A DNA stretch of 64,000 bases, from the NCBI RefSeq assembly GCF_963921235.1, contig NC_086108.1, forward strand, positions 30,010,001-30,074,000. The letters are read 5' to 3'. The stretch's first letter is position 1; each line of letters starts with the position of its first letter. Below, piece after piece: positions 48,990-60,084 of this stretch. The DNA comes from Mobula hypostoma. Lineage: Eukaryota. Under the pieces are notes generated by a model, which was given only the letters and a program-made list of their open reading frames with translations, was not told the origin of the DNA and searched no databases. Made by a program: the position numbers and the translations under genes.

Positions 48990-49632
48990 GGAGGAGGTGG
49001 AGAAGATGGCGACGCGACGCAGGTGAATGATATCTATAATCTGTCAAGTAGCGGACTGTGCACAATTCTGATTTGATGGAGACAGATGTGAGAGTACGGA
49101 GGAACATCTGGAGAAACTTCTGAAATGCCCGCTTCACTGCTGCTGCTACTGTGTGGTAACCGGAATCTCCGGAGCAGAAGGCCCCGAATCCCTGGCTTTG
49201 CTTGTTTCAGTGGCCAGGGCTAGGTCGAAGGCGCTCGGCAGAGGACGGCGCGCTGGAGGCTGTATCGGAGGGGTTGGTCGGAGGCTCAAAGTTTTCGAAT
49301 GGACGGACTCGGTATCAGCTGTGGTCAGCTGCTTCCAAGGCATTGGCAGTTATCGGTGCCTTGGAAGTTTATGGCGGGGAGTTTCTCCCTTTTGTCGCCT
49401 GCTATCGGGGACTTGGGAGTCGATCAGGCCTTAAGACTTTTTTTTATTGTGCTCATGGTCTGTTCAAATTATGGTATTGTTTTGCACTGCTGTAGCTATA
49501 TGTTATAATTATGTGTTTCTGTCAGTGTTAGCCTTTGGTTTGTCCTGTTTTCTGTGGTATCACTCTGGAGGAACATTGTATCATTTCTTAATGCATGTAT
49601 GCATTTCTAAATGACAATAAAAGAGGACTGAG
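48990..49632 (+). mobile_element. CpG-retaining non-autonomous element with a Rex1-type tail
   Basis: 5' 'gagaagatggcgacg'; 'aatgacaataaa...(CTAAT)n' tail like 56067-56100; no coding motif. Confidence 0.5.
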
Positions 49633-49757
49633 TGTTCTCATAATCTAATCTAATAAAAACAGATGATGAAATGGGGGTCTACTGCTGTGAAGGTGTGGAA
49701 TAAAAGGGAAATAGTTTCTTATAATCCACTCTTCAATCTTGGAGAATTAGAGGGAAA

Positions 49758-50050
49758 ATGCACCTCACCAAGCAAACAGGGGTGCAAGTCACCAAGACAG
49801 AAAGCATCCAGCAAGCAACCAGCGAGTACAACAGCCTGCAAGCGTAGCCCTACAATGAATATAAAGAAGACTTGCCATCATTGACCGAACACTGTCGCTC
49901 TGAGGAAAGCACAACATGACATGAAATCCAACAAATCTATTTCCATTGGTTGGAGCGGGAATTTGCTCAGGACCTCAAGGGAGCTCTGCATTCCCACTGC
50001 CTGCCCACCAAGACCTACCTGGTGATGCTCTTTGAAGTCACCAACCCAGG
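49758..50050 (+). pseudogene. H3: Highly decayed histone H3 pseudogene
   Basis: MHLTKQTG/(+1)/CKSPRQKASSKQPASTTACKRSPTMNIKKTCHH*PNTVALRKAQHDMKS...LEREFAQDLKGAL...TYLVMLFEVTN is colinear with H3 MARTKQTARKS...PGTVALREIRRYQKS...LVREIAQDFKTDL...AYLVGLFEDTN. Confidence 0.85.
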
Positions 50051-51404
50051 GGTGCAGTGCTGCCGGAGCTCAGCGGAGAACCACTCCAGCATCTCTGTAA
50101 AAAAAAGTCAAAATAAACAAGCGGGGAATTTAACAGCGGCCGCATATTAAATTGAGGGAGTTTTACGGAAGCGGGGGTTGGGGAGAGGGGGTGGTGGCTG
50201 GTGGGGAAAATACCACTAATAACATTAGGATATTTGATCGTTTTTGGTGAAATCCTGGAGCTGTGACTGTTTTTTATTTAGGTATTTGTGAAATTCATCC
50301 TCACTCGACCCATTGTTTTCCCAGCATACCCTGCTGTAGCCTCCTGCCATTTTACAGATCCTCAGTCTCTCTCCAGCCAAGGGATGACTGTACACGAGCG
50401 TGAGCATTCTTCCGCTCTTTCCAACGGGTACCATTGGATTCCAGGTTGGAGCTATATTAAGCAAGGAATAAATATCAAAACCTAAGGTTAAAAGTCAAAA
50501 ATAATGAATGCAAAATTCACTGCTCGCTTATCTTCGGCCTGATTTTGATGAAATATTCAAGGTAATCATCCAAAGTCCTCTTCTACACCTGGATAAAGTG
50601 AATTTAGTTTTTTTTTTCACAAGCCAAATGGGAAAAAAATATTTCTAGACTATAAGCTAGTTTTACATCATTTCAACTATCATTAGTAGCGGATCAACCC
50701 CTTGGCCGAGCTCCACCAACTATAGTTGATTGGACAGAGGTCCTTTTTCTCTTAGTGTTGATAGGAAAAAGAATAATTTAGTGAGGCAATGAACGAGACG
50801 AAACTCATTTTTCAATCTTCCAAATGGTTCCTCTCCTCCCATTAACATTTGTCACTTCCAAAATACGATATTTTTTATTCGTATAGATACGATAATAAAT
50901 TATGTAAAGATTCAAGCTTCTTTAGCTTTTTATATATTTAAAGACTAAACAGGGTCTGTATTGGTCTGACCACGTAATACCCGACGTGGGAGGATATTGT
51001 GAGTATCGACACTCACAGGTACACTTCCTGTCCAACCATTTCCGTGAGAGAAATGGTACGAGGCAGAGTTGCCAACCTACCGCTTTTGTTACTAATATTC
51101 AGCAATATTCGTGGCTTTAGCAATAGTTTATTAGACATTCTTTTTTCACACTTGATTACAGGTGTCTCCCGCTTTTCGAATGTCCGCTTTACGAAACCTC
51201 ACTGTTGCGAAAGACCTACATTAGTTACCTGTTTTCACTAACAGAAGGTGTTTTCACTGTTACGAAAAAAAGCAGCGCGTGATAAATAGGCAGCGCAGGA
51301 AGAAAAAAGCAGCGTGCGCCCTGAGCAGCCGCTCTCCCCCGGATTCGGAATGGCATTCTTCCCGGTATTGCTTAAACACGTGCTTGTGAGCAGCCGTTAG
51401 CAAG

Positions 51405-52034
51405 ATGAGCTCTAAGGTATTGGAAAAGCCTGAAAGAGTTTGTAAGGGTGTTATACTTAGCATAAAACTAGACATAATTAAGCATTTCGATTGTGGTGAA
51501 CCAAGTAAGGAGAACGTGAGTTTGCTTGTGGAAGTTGACGAAGATGATATTGAAGAGGTTTTGGCATCTCATGACCAAGAACTGATAGATGAAGGGCTGA
51601 TGCAATTGGAAGAAGAAAGGATAACAATCAAAACCGAATGCAGTAGCAAACGGACCGAAAGTGAAGTCGTCCAGGAACTGAACGTGAAGCAGCTGCGTAA
51701 GATTTTCTCTGCAATGATAAAGTACGGCTTTAATTTTGAAAGGGTATGTCGGTTTAGGGTATATTTGCAGGATGGTTTGAGTGCTTACAAAGAACTGTAT
51801 GATCTAAAAATGTGCGAGGCTAAGCAGTCAAGCAAGCCTTCCACATCAGCCACAGCAGACGACGAACCTCGACCTTCGACATCGGGGCAGGCAGACATAG
51901 AAGAAGATGACCTGCCTGCCCTGATGGAAACAGATGACACCCCAATGTCCCGCCACCCCCACCCCCGGGCCACGGACAGATACCGATTCACGGAGAATGA
52001 AGCGGTAGCCGGGACGCACCCAGCACATCGTTAA
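51405..52034 (+). pseudogene. 209-aa in-frame fusion of Tigger transposase N- and C-termini, no DDE domain
   Basis: 'KGVILSIKLDIIKHF' (start of psq-type HTH) joined to 'EVDEDDIEEVLASHDQELIDEGLMQLEEE' (acidic C-terminal region). Confidence 0.7.
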
Positions 52035-53526
52035 GAAAAAAGCTGAAACAAACAAGCTAATTAATTAGGTGCTGCCTGGCACGTAAATGTCGGCCCAGAT
52101 CAGAGGCGGTTGCCGATTGCGTTGCCTCAGATTTGGGCCGACATTTACGTGCTGGGCGGCACCTAATTAATTAGCTTGTTTATTTCGGCTTTTTTTCTTA
52201 AAGATGTGCTGAGCGCATTCCAGCCACTGCTGTACCCCTGAATTCTTCGTGGATCAGTATCGGTCAGCGGCCTGGAGAGTGGGGGCCACTGCACCACCCC
52301 AACCTCCAACGACTCAGCCTAACACACCATCATCATGTGCTCGATGTCTTCCCAATTCCCGTAAGTGATACTACACTGTACATACATTATTTCTACTTTA
52401 TATCAGCTGTGTATTTTTAGGTGTTATTTGGTATGATTTGGCAGCTTCATAGCTTACAGGTTACTGGAGAGCACTTGCGCCGTGTTTTTGCCGTTGGCGC
52501 TTGCACCGTGTTTCTGCCGAGAGCGCTTGCGTGACATTTTCGCTACGGAGAACAGTGCAGCAATGATTGTGGAGAAGTATTTCTACTTTATATAGGCTGT
52601 GTATTTATCATATCATTCCTGCTTTTACTATATGTTAGTGTTATTTTAGGTTTTACGTGTTATTTGGCTTGATTTGGTAGGTTATTTTTGGGTCTGCGAA
52701 CGCTCACAAACTTTTCGCATATAAATTAATGGTAATTGCTTCTTCGCTTTAGAAACATAGAAACATAGAAAATAGGGGCAGGAGTAGGACATTCAGCCCT
52801 TGAGCCTGCACCGCCATTCAGTATGATCATGGCTGATCATCCAACTCAGAACCCTGTACCACCCTTCCCTCCATACCCCCTGATCCCTTTAGCCACAAGG
52901 GCCATATCTAACTCCCTCTTAAATATAGCCAATGAACTGGCCTCAACTGTTTCCTGTGGCAGAGAATTCCACAGATTCACCACTCTCTGTGTGAAGAAGT
53001 TTTTCCTAATCTTGGTCCTAAAAGGCTTCCTCTTTATCCTCAAACTGTGACCCCTCGTTCTGGACTTCCCCAACATCGGGAACAATCTTTCTGCATCTAG
53101 CCTGTCCAATCCCTTTAGGATTTTATACGTTTCAATCAGATCCTCCCTCAATCTTCTAAATTCCAACGAGTATAAGCCTAGTTCATCCAGTCTTTCATCA
53201 TATGAAAGTCCTGCCATCCCAGGAATCAATCTGGTGAACCTTCTTCGTACTCCTTCCATGGAAAGGATGTCTTTCCTCAGATTAGGAGACCAAAACTGCA
53301 CACAATACTCCAGGTGTGGTCTCACCAAGGCCTTGTACAACTGCAGTAGTACCTCCCTGCTCCTGTACTTGAATCCTCTTACTATAAATGCCAGCATACC
53401 ATTCGCCTTTTTCACCGCCTGCTGTACCTGCATGCCCACTTTCAATGACTGGTGTATAATGACACCCAGGTCTCGTTGCACCTCCCCTTTTCCTAATCGG
53501 CCAGCATTCAGATAATAATCTGTTTT

Positions 53527-54055
53527 AGCAACACACATCAAAGTTGCCGGTGAATGCAGCAGGCCAGGCAGCATCTCTAGGAAGAGGTACAGTCGACGTT
53601 TCAGGCCGAGACCCTTCGTCAGGACTAACTGAAGGAAGAGTGAGCAAGAGATTTGAAAGTTGGAGGGGGAGGGGGAGATCCAACATGATAGGAGAAGACA
53701 GGAGGGGGAGGGATGGAGCCAAGAGCTGGACAGGTGATTGGCAAAAGGGATACGAGAGGATCATGGGACAGGAGGTCCTGGAAGAAAGACAAGGGGTGGG
53801 GGGAACCCAGAGGATGGGCAAGGGGTATATTCAGAGGGACAGAGGGAGAAAAAGGAGAGTGAGAGAAAGAATGTGTGTATAAAAATAAATAACAGATGGG
53901 GTACGAGGGGGAGGTGGGGCATTAGTAGAAGTTAGAGAAGTCGACGTTCATGTTATCAGGTTGGAGGCTACCCAGACGGAATATAAGGTGTTGTTCCTCT
54001 AACCTGAGTGTGGCTTCATCTTTACAGTAGGGGAGGCCGTGGATAGTCATGTCAG
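53527..54055 (-). mobile_element. Penelope-like 3' fragment (GIY-YIG C-terminus + tail) inside the CR1
   Basis: Closely similar to 3976-4502. Confidence 0.88.
53591..53626 (-). ncRNA. Minimal type-I hammerhead ribozyme motif, intact core
   Basis: Reverse complement: AGTC-CTGACGA-A-GGG(TCTCGG)CCT-GAAA-C-GTC-GACT. Confidence 0.72.
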
Positions 54056-54605
54056 TTCTCTAGCAGTTTCCCCACCACCGATGTTAGGCCAACCGGTCTA
54101 TAATTCCCTGGTTTTTCTCTCCCTCCTTTTTTAAAAAGTGGGGTTACATTAGCTTTACGACATTCCGACTTACGAACCGTTTCATAGGAACGCTCTACTT
54201 TCGGATGGCGGGGGAAACCTGTACTTGGTTCCAATTTAGGTGGCTAAAAGTGTAAAAAGCTTATTTGCTTTATTTCTGTTATTTTTATACCTGCTTAGGA
54301 ACACTGTTAAGTGCTGCGGGCCCTGCTGTCTGCTCTGACTCAGTCGTATTAGCAGGCTACACCTGTGATGGTCCGTGGATTACTCGCTAATACAAAAGTA
54401 AACTTTTCCTCACTAACAACCCTATGGCTTCTAAGCAAACAATGTTAACTTCTTTCTTTCGTAAACAAGCTGAGGAGTGTAACAAGAATAACGTACAAGA
54501 GACTGATAACAGTAAAAGTGTTTTGCCTCCTTCTAGTTCAGATTTTCTAACTGGGTCCAAATGCAGTTCTGAAAGTAAAGTGCTTTGAGAGACTAGTTCC
54601 ATCAC

Positions 54606-56100
54606 ATCTGAAATCCTGTCTGCCCACTACCCTGGACCCCCGTCAATTTGCCTACCACACCAACAGGTCAACAGAGGACGCCATCTCCACGGCACTTCAC
54701 TCTGCCCTGACCCACCTGGACAGCCCCAACTCTTACGTCAGAATGCTGTTCATTGACTTTAGTTTGGCATTCAATAGTCATAGTTATAGTCATAGTCATA
54801 CTTTATTGATCCCAGGGGAAATTGGTTTTCGTTACAGTTGCACCATAAATAATAAATAGTAATAGAATCATGAATAGTTAGATAGTAATATGTAAATTAT
54901 GCCAGTAAATTATGAAATAAGTCCAGGACCAGCCTATTGGCTCAGGGTGTCTGACCCTCCAAGGGAGGAGTTGTAAAGTTTGATGGCAATACCGTGAAAT
55001 CCTCCAAGCTGATTGCCAAACTTCGCCAGCTTAATATCAGCTCATCCCTCTGCAATTGGACCTTGGACTTTCTAACTAACAGACCCCAATCTGTTAAATT
55101 AGACAACCTCTCCTCCATTCTCACACTGAATACTAATGCACCTCAAGGCTGTGTGCTGAGCCCTCTTCTGTATTCCCTTTTCACCTATGACTGCGTTGCT
55201 ATACATGGTTCTAACTCCATAATCAAGTTCGCAGATGACACTACGGTGTTTGTCCTGATCAGAGGGGATGACGAGATGGCCTACAGGGACGAGGTCCAGC
55301 ACCTGGCCACGTGGTGCGCCGATAACAGCCTGGCCTTTAACACCCAGAAGACCAGGGAGATTATTGTGGACTTCAGACATGCTAGGAGCCACACTCATGT
55401 CCCCATCTACATCAATGGAGTTGTAGTGGAGTGTGTATCAAGCTTCAAATTCCTTGGTGTCCACATTTCTGATGATCTCACCTGGTCCCTGAACTCCTCC
55501 ATCCTGATCAAAAAGGCGCAACAGTGCCTTTACTTCCTGTGGAGCATCAAGAAAGCTCACCTTTGACCCAGGATACTGACGGACTTTTACCGCTGTACCA
55601 CTGGGAGCATACTCACCAACTGCATCTCAGTGTGGTATGGCAATTGTCCCATATCAGACCACAAAGCACTCCAGCGTGTGATGAAAACTGCCCAGCGGAT
55701 TATCGGCAGCCAATTGCCCACCATTGAGAACATCTACCATAAATGCTGCCTGGGCAGGGCGAAAAGCATTATCAGGGATGCATCTCACCTTTTACGCTCC
55801 TACCATGCGGTAGGTGCTACAAGAGCCTCCGCTTCCACACCAGCAGGCTCAGGAAGAGCTTCTTCTCTGAGGCTGTGACCCTGTTGAACCTCACATCACA
55901 GCACTAAGCAGTATTGCACCCATATTGGACTGTCTCAGTACTTTTATATTTGTATGCTGTAGCACTTACTTTTTATTCGCAGTTATTTTGTAAATAACAT
56001 TATTCTTTTGCACTTCTGGTCAGATGCTAATTGCATTTCATTGGCTTTGTATCTGTATTCGGCACAATGACAATAAAGTTGAATCTAATCTAATCTAATT
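54606..56100 (+). mobile_element. Rex1/Babar-like LINE (RT to 3' end) with a small antisense LINE-tail insertion at ~54776-54990
   Basis: 'RSTEDAIS', '[16 protein letters not shown]', 'KFADDTTV', 'FKFLGV'; (CTAAT)n tail. Confidence 0.87.
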
Positions 56101-56175
56101 AATATGAAAAGAAAATTTTCCAGCATATCAAGCAGATAAATGGCAAATTTTCTGTTCTCATTGATGAATCAACAA

Positions 56176-56488
56176 AAAGGCATCCGTTAGTCTTGCGAGA
56201 CCATGGATCTGCGCCTGGAAAGTCTTCACTCTCCAGGGTGCAGGCCTGGGTAAGGTTGTATGGAAGATCAGCAGGTGCCCATGCTGCAAGTCTCCCTTCT
56301 CCATGACACCAATGTTGTCCAAGGGAAGGGCATTAGGACCCATACAGCTTGGCACCAGTGTCGTCGCAGAGCAATGTGTGATTAAGTGCCTTGCTCAAGG
56401 ACGCAACACGTTCCCTCGGCTGGGGCTTGAACTCACGACCTTCAGGTCACTAGTCCAATGCCTTAACCACTTGGCCATGTGCCCACAC
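56176..56488 (-). mobile_element. tRNA-derived SINE (same family as 13367-13677)
   Basis: 11-bp TSD TGAATCAACAA (56165-56175 and 56489-56499); A box 'tggccaagtgg', B box 'gttcaagcc'. Confidence 0.9.
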
Positions 56489-58255
56489 TGAATCAACAAG
56501 CCTAAGCATTAAGACTGTCCTAATAGTTTATTTGAAATGTGAAAGTGATGAGGAAGGTGACCCCATTTTTTATTTTTAGATCTAATTGAACTGCCTGATC
56601 AGAAAGCTGCAACTATTGCTCAGCATCTAATGAACTGTCTCAATAACCATGAGTTTGATGACTCTTACCTGAAACAGAACCTTGTAGCATTTGCTAGTGA
56701 TGGGGTGAGCATAATGCTTGGTGTCAAATCTGGTGTTGCTACAATTCTCAAGGAACATTACCCTGATGTGATAATTTGGCACTGTCTTAATAACTGATTA
56801 GAACTTGCAGTAGGTGATTTAGTGAGAGAAGTTCATGGAATAAATCATTTTCAATCATTTATGGATAAATTGTACTCTGTTTACAGTAGATCACCTCTAA
56901 ATCAAAAGGAACTGTCTGAATGCACCTGTCAACTAGAAGAACAAATTTGCAAAATAGGCCGTGTTCTGGGCACCAGGTGGGTAGCTAGTTTGTTTCGAAC
57001 AATTTCACCAGTGTGGCAAAATTATGAAGCACTGTGTTTTCATTTTGAAAAAGCAATGAAGGATGAAACAAGATCTGGGAGTGACAGAAAAACCTATGAA
57101 GGTCTGTTGAAAAGACTCTCTTCAGAACAGTTTCTATTGGACTTAGCTCTAACGTATGACACTTGGTTTACTGTCAGAGTGTTTACAGAAACGCACTACT
57201 ATGATTGTTTATGCAGACAAACTGATCCAAACGGAGCATAAGATCACTGCATGGACTGAAAGAGCAACCTGGTACAAAAACTCTAGAAGCTCAAGAGGCA
57301 GTTGGAAAGGGAAAGTTTGGAGAAATTACCTTAACAAGCAACAACAAAATTGTCTTCATTAATTATCTACAGTTTATTAATAGTCTTATAAACAATTTTC
57401 AGCACCGTATGTTCACGGCAACATCCTTGAAAGGTTCTCAAACTTCTAAACCTCAAAGTATGTATAAATCCCTGCTAAATGAAATGTGTGTCCTTGATAA
57501 AGATAACTGGCCTACTGAAATATCGCCTAATTATGGAGAAGCTGCAATATCATCTCTCTGTAAGAGGTTTAAGCTTTCTTCTTCCACTGTAATAAATGCC
57601 TTCAGAGATTATGTAGAGGATCGTGGATGCCATATCCCCCAAGATTTGCGCCCATTACTGAGCTGTTCACAAGTTATTCCTATAGTACTGCTGAGTGTGA
57701 GAGAGGATTCAGTCACACGAACTTGATAATAACAACAACACGCTCAAGGATTCTCATAGATCATGTAGAGCATTTATGTTTGTTAAACCACACGGACCTC
57801 CTTTTGCTCAGTGGAACCCTGAGCCGTAAGTCACATCATGGTGCGGTATCACAGATCAGCAGATGACACCAGGACAAGAGTTGCTTCAGACCCCCGAATA
57901 CATATTACGCCTGAACCTTTGTGGAAATTATTGTGAAACTTCTCATTGGTGGCATTTGGTTAGTAGTTAATTACTTTTAAATCGGTAAAATACATGATCA
58001 CCGTCTTTTTCTTTACTTGCTTGATAATTATATTTTATGATAACTAGTGAGTTCAACCATGCAATACTTTGTCATATTATTAAATTATGTGTTTTATTGT
58101 ACCAGTTATACACTGAAATGTAGTGATAGGCTATAATTTTGTTAATGTCTTAACTCTCACCATATTTCTGTGGATTTCTGGAATTCATATATTTCTTTCA
58201 TCTTGGTTTAGTGCTTGACATTATAAGAAGCCCTATTCATATATATATATATATA

Positions 58256-58346
58256 TCACACCCAATTTGTGTACCTGCTCATTACTTGAATGGGGCAAGG
58301 AAGTTGCCCAGTACATGAAATGGGCAGGTACACAAACTGGGTGTGA
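58256..58346. mobile_element. ~90-bp palindromic MITE next to (TA)n
   Basis: tcacacccaatttgtgtacctgctcatt / aatgggcaggtacacaaactgggtgtga (2 mismatches); inner gggcaa/ttgccc. Confidence 0.7.
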
Positions 58347-58350
58347 CATA

Positions 58351-58552
58351 CAAGGGGTGATTGATAAGTTCGTGGCCTAAGGTGGAAGGAGTCAATTTTT
58401 TAGAAAATCTAGCAATTTTCAACTATCTGAAACAGAAATACCACAAAAGTTATTAACTTCAAACTTTCTGCATAATCACTCAGAATTGAACTGCATGTGC
58501 ATGTAACAAGAGCTGTATAACTGTAGGCCACGAACTTATCAATCACCCCTCG
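58351..58552. mobile_element. 202-bp mariner-type MITE
   Basis: 29-bp TIRs with 1 mismatch (cAaggggtgattgataagttcgtggccta); TA flanks at 58349-58350 and 58553-58554. Confidence 0.88.
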
Positions 58553-59034
58553 TACAGCTCCAACACCTAAAATATTGGCACTGCAACCCTGCACCAACCT
58601 GTGTTCCCTTCATGCCATGTAGGTCACCATGCCCAAAGACATGCAGATGCCCCACTGCCTGTGTGAACATGCTTAAAACCCTTACTCACTGACAACAAAG
58701 GCTTTTTCAGAGCTATTGAGAAGAGTTATGAGCAACTTTATTCCACATGGGTACTTTGTCTTCTTTTTTTGTTCACTGTATTTTGTGATTTTCTATGCAT
58801 ATTTATAATTTAGTAAGTGTGAAGTGCATGAGTGATAACTTCTTCAGTGCCAGTCAATTCACTGCACCATCCCTGTAACCCTGTTTTGTTTTGATGTTAT
58901 CTTGATTTTCAACATATAATTCTGCTCGTGAGTAAAAACTGCACGCATAATATCTAGTTCAGCCATATTTAATGGCACAATCACCATACACTTTGATACT
59001 ATTAAAATCCACAAAACTATGGGTGTACAACTGA

Positions 59035-60070
59035 GGCTACGTCCACACTACACCGGATAATTTTGAAACCGAGGCTTTTTCTCTTCGTTTTGACTCTCTG
59101 TCCACACTAAAACGGCGTTTTCATCCCCCGAAAACGGAGATTTTTGGAAATGGTCTCCAGAGTGAATAAATCTGAAAACGCCTAATATCCGTCGCAGTGT
59201 GTACGGGGTAACCGGAGCTTTTTAAAACCGCTGTCATGACATGCCGGAACAGATGGCGGCAGCCCAACATTTCATTGTTTTCTTCTTATTATTATTATTA
59301 CTACTTTATTGTCGCCAAGCAATTGATACTAGAGCGTACGATCATCACAGTGATATCTGATTCTGCGCTTCGCAGAACCTAACAATTTTAGAACAGACGG
59401 CAATGAGACTGAAGCCAGAAGAGTTAGAAATGTACCCACCAAATACTTTGACCCATAGCTTACTGAATAAATAAGTATACTCACTTTGCCCTGTTTTCTG
59501 TCCTTGCTTGTATGAAGGTGGTTTACCTATTTAAGCAAGTACTTCTCTGACAATAGATGTGTAACAGCCTAATGTAACATTGTATGGAAATACAAGATAA
59601 CACTGATGCAGATATGTTTATACATTTAACAAGGTGCTTTATTAATGCAACAGAGTTAGTCAATTTTTCAATGTTCGTCGTCAGCCAGGTCATACTGTCC
59701 GTGAACTTCCTGTCAGTTGCTTCCATACGGTCCAGAAGGTCTTGGCCTGAAACATCGACTGTACCTCTTCCTAGAGATGCTGCCTGGCCTGCTGCATTCA
59801 CCAGCAACTTTGATTGTGTTGCTTGAATTTCCAGCATCTGCAGAATTTCTCGTGTTTTCGCTCCAGTATTTGTTTTTTTTAGTTTTAAGTCCTCCTGCAC
59901 AAGAGCCAAGAGCAATTCTTTTTAAGTTTTTCTACTCTGTAACTGGACAAATGCGCACTAAGTATACTGTTTCTTCGCTTGTTTTCTGTGTGACCTGCGC
60001 GTGCCCAGTAGAGGAGATTCGCCCAAATATCCGTGTTAGTATGGACAGAGATATTTTGAAAAACGCTTTA
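59035..60070. mobile_element. PIF/Harbinger-like non-autonomous element, right end truncated, containing a Penelope tail at ~59736-59858
   Basis: 'ggctacgtccacacta' terminus, repeated 'tccacacta' and 'gaaaacg' subterminal motifs, partial inverse 'tagtatggaca' near 60040. Confidence 0.55.
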
Positions 60071-60084
60071 TGATCCACACACAC

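Larger units (their letters stand above)
52752..54151 (-). mobile_element. 5'-truncated CR1 inserted in the Tigger
   Basis: Apparent TSD GCTTTA (52746-52751 and 54152-54157); open 'DYYLN...LVRPHLEYCVQFWSP...NFFTQRVVNLWNSLP'; (CTATGTTT)n tail. Confidence 0.9.
51159..54221 (+). mobile_element. Internally deleted Tigger transposon carrying nested CR1 and Penelope fragments
   Basis: TA flanks at 51157-51158 and 54222-54223; TIRs caggtgtctcccgc / gcgggggaaacctg. Confidence 0.85.
54424..57936 (+). pseudogene. Disrupted hAT transposase (KIAA1586/ZNF862-like), interrupted by a LINE and a SINE
   Basis: 'MASKQTMLTSFF', 'FSVLIDEST', 'ASDGVSIMLG', 'WHCLN', 'GTRWVAS', 'STAECERGFS'; multiple stops and frameshifts. 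Confidence 0.82.

Noticed and set aside
51064..58591. 'cagagttgcc' and 'gcaaccctg' as possible termini of the hAT element
   Set aside because: Short imperfect match and no 8-bp TSD
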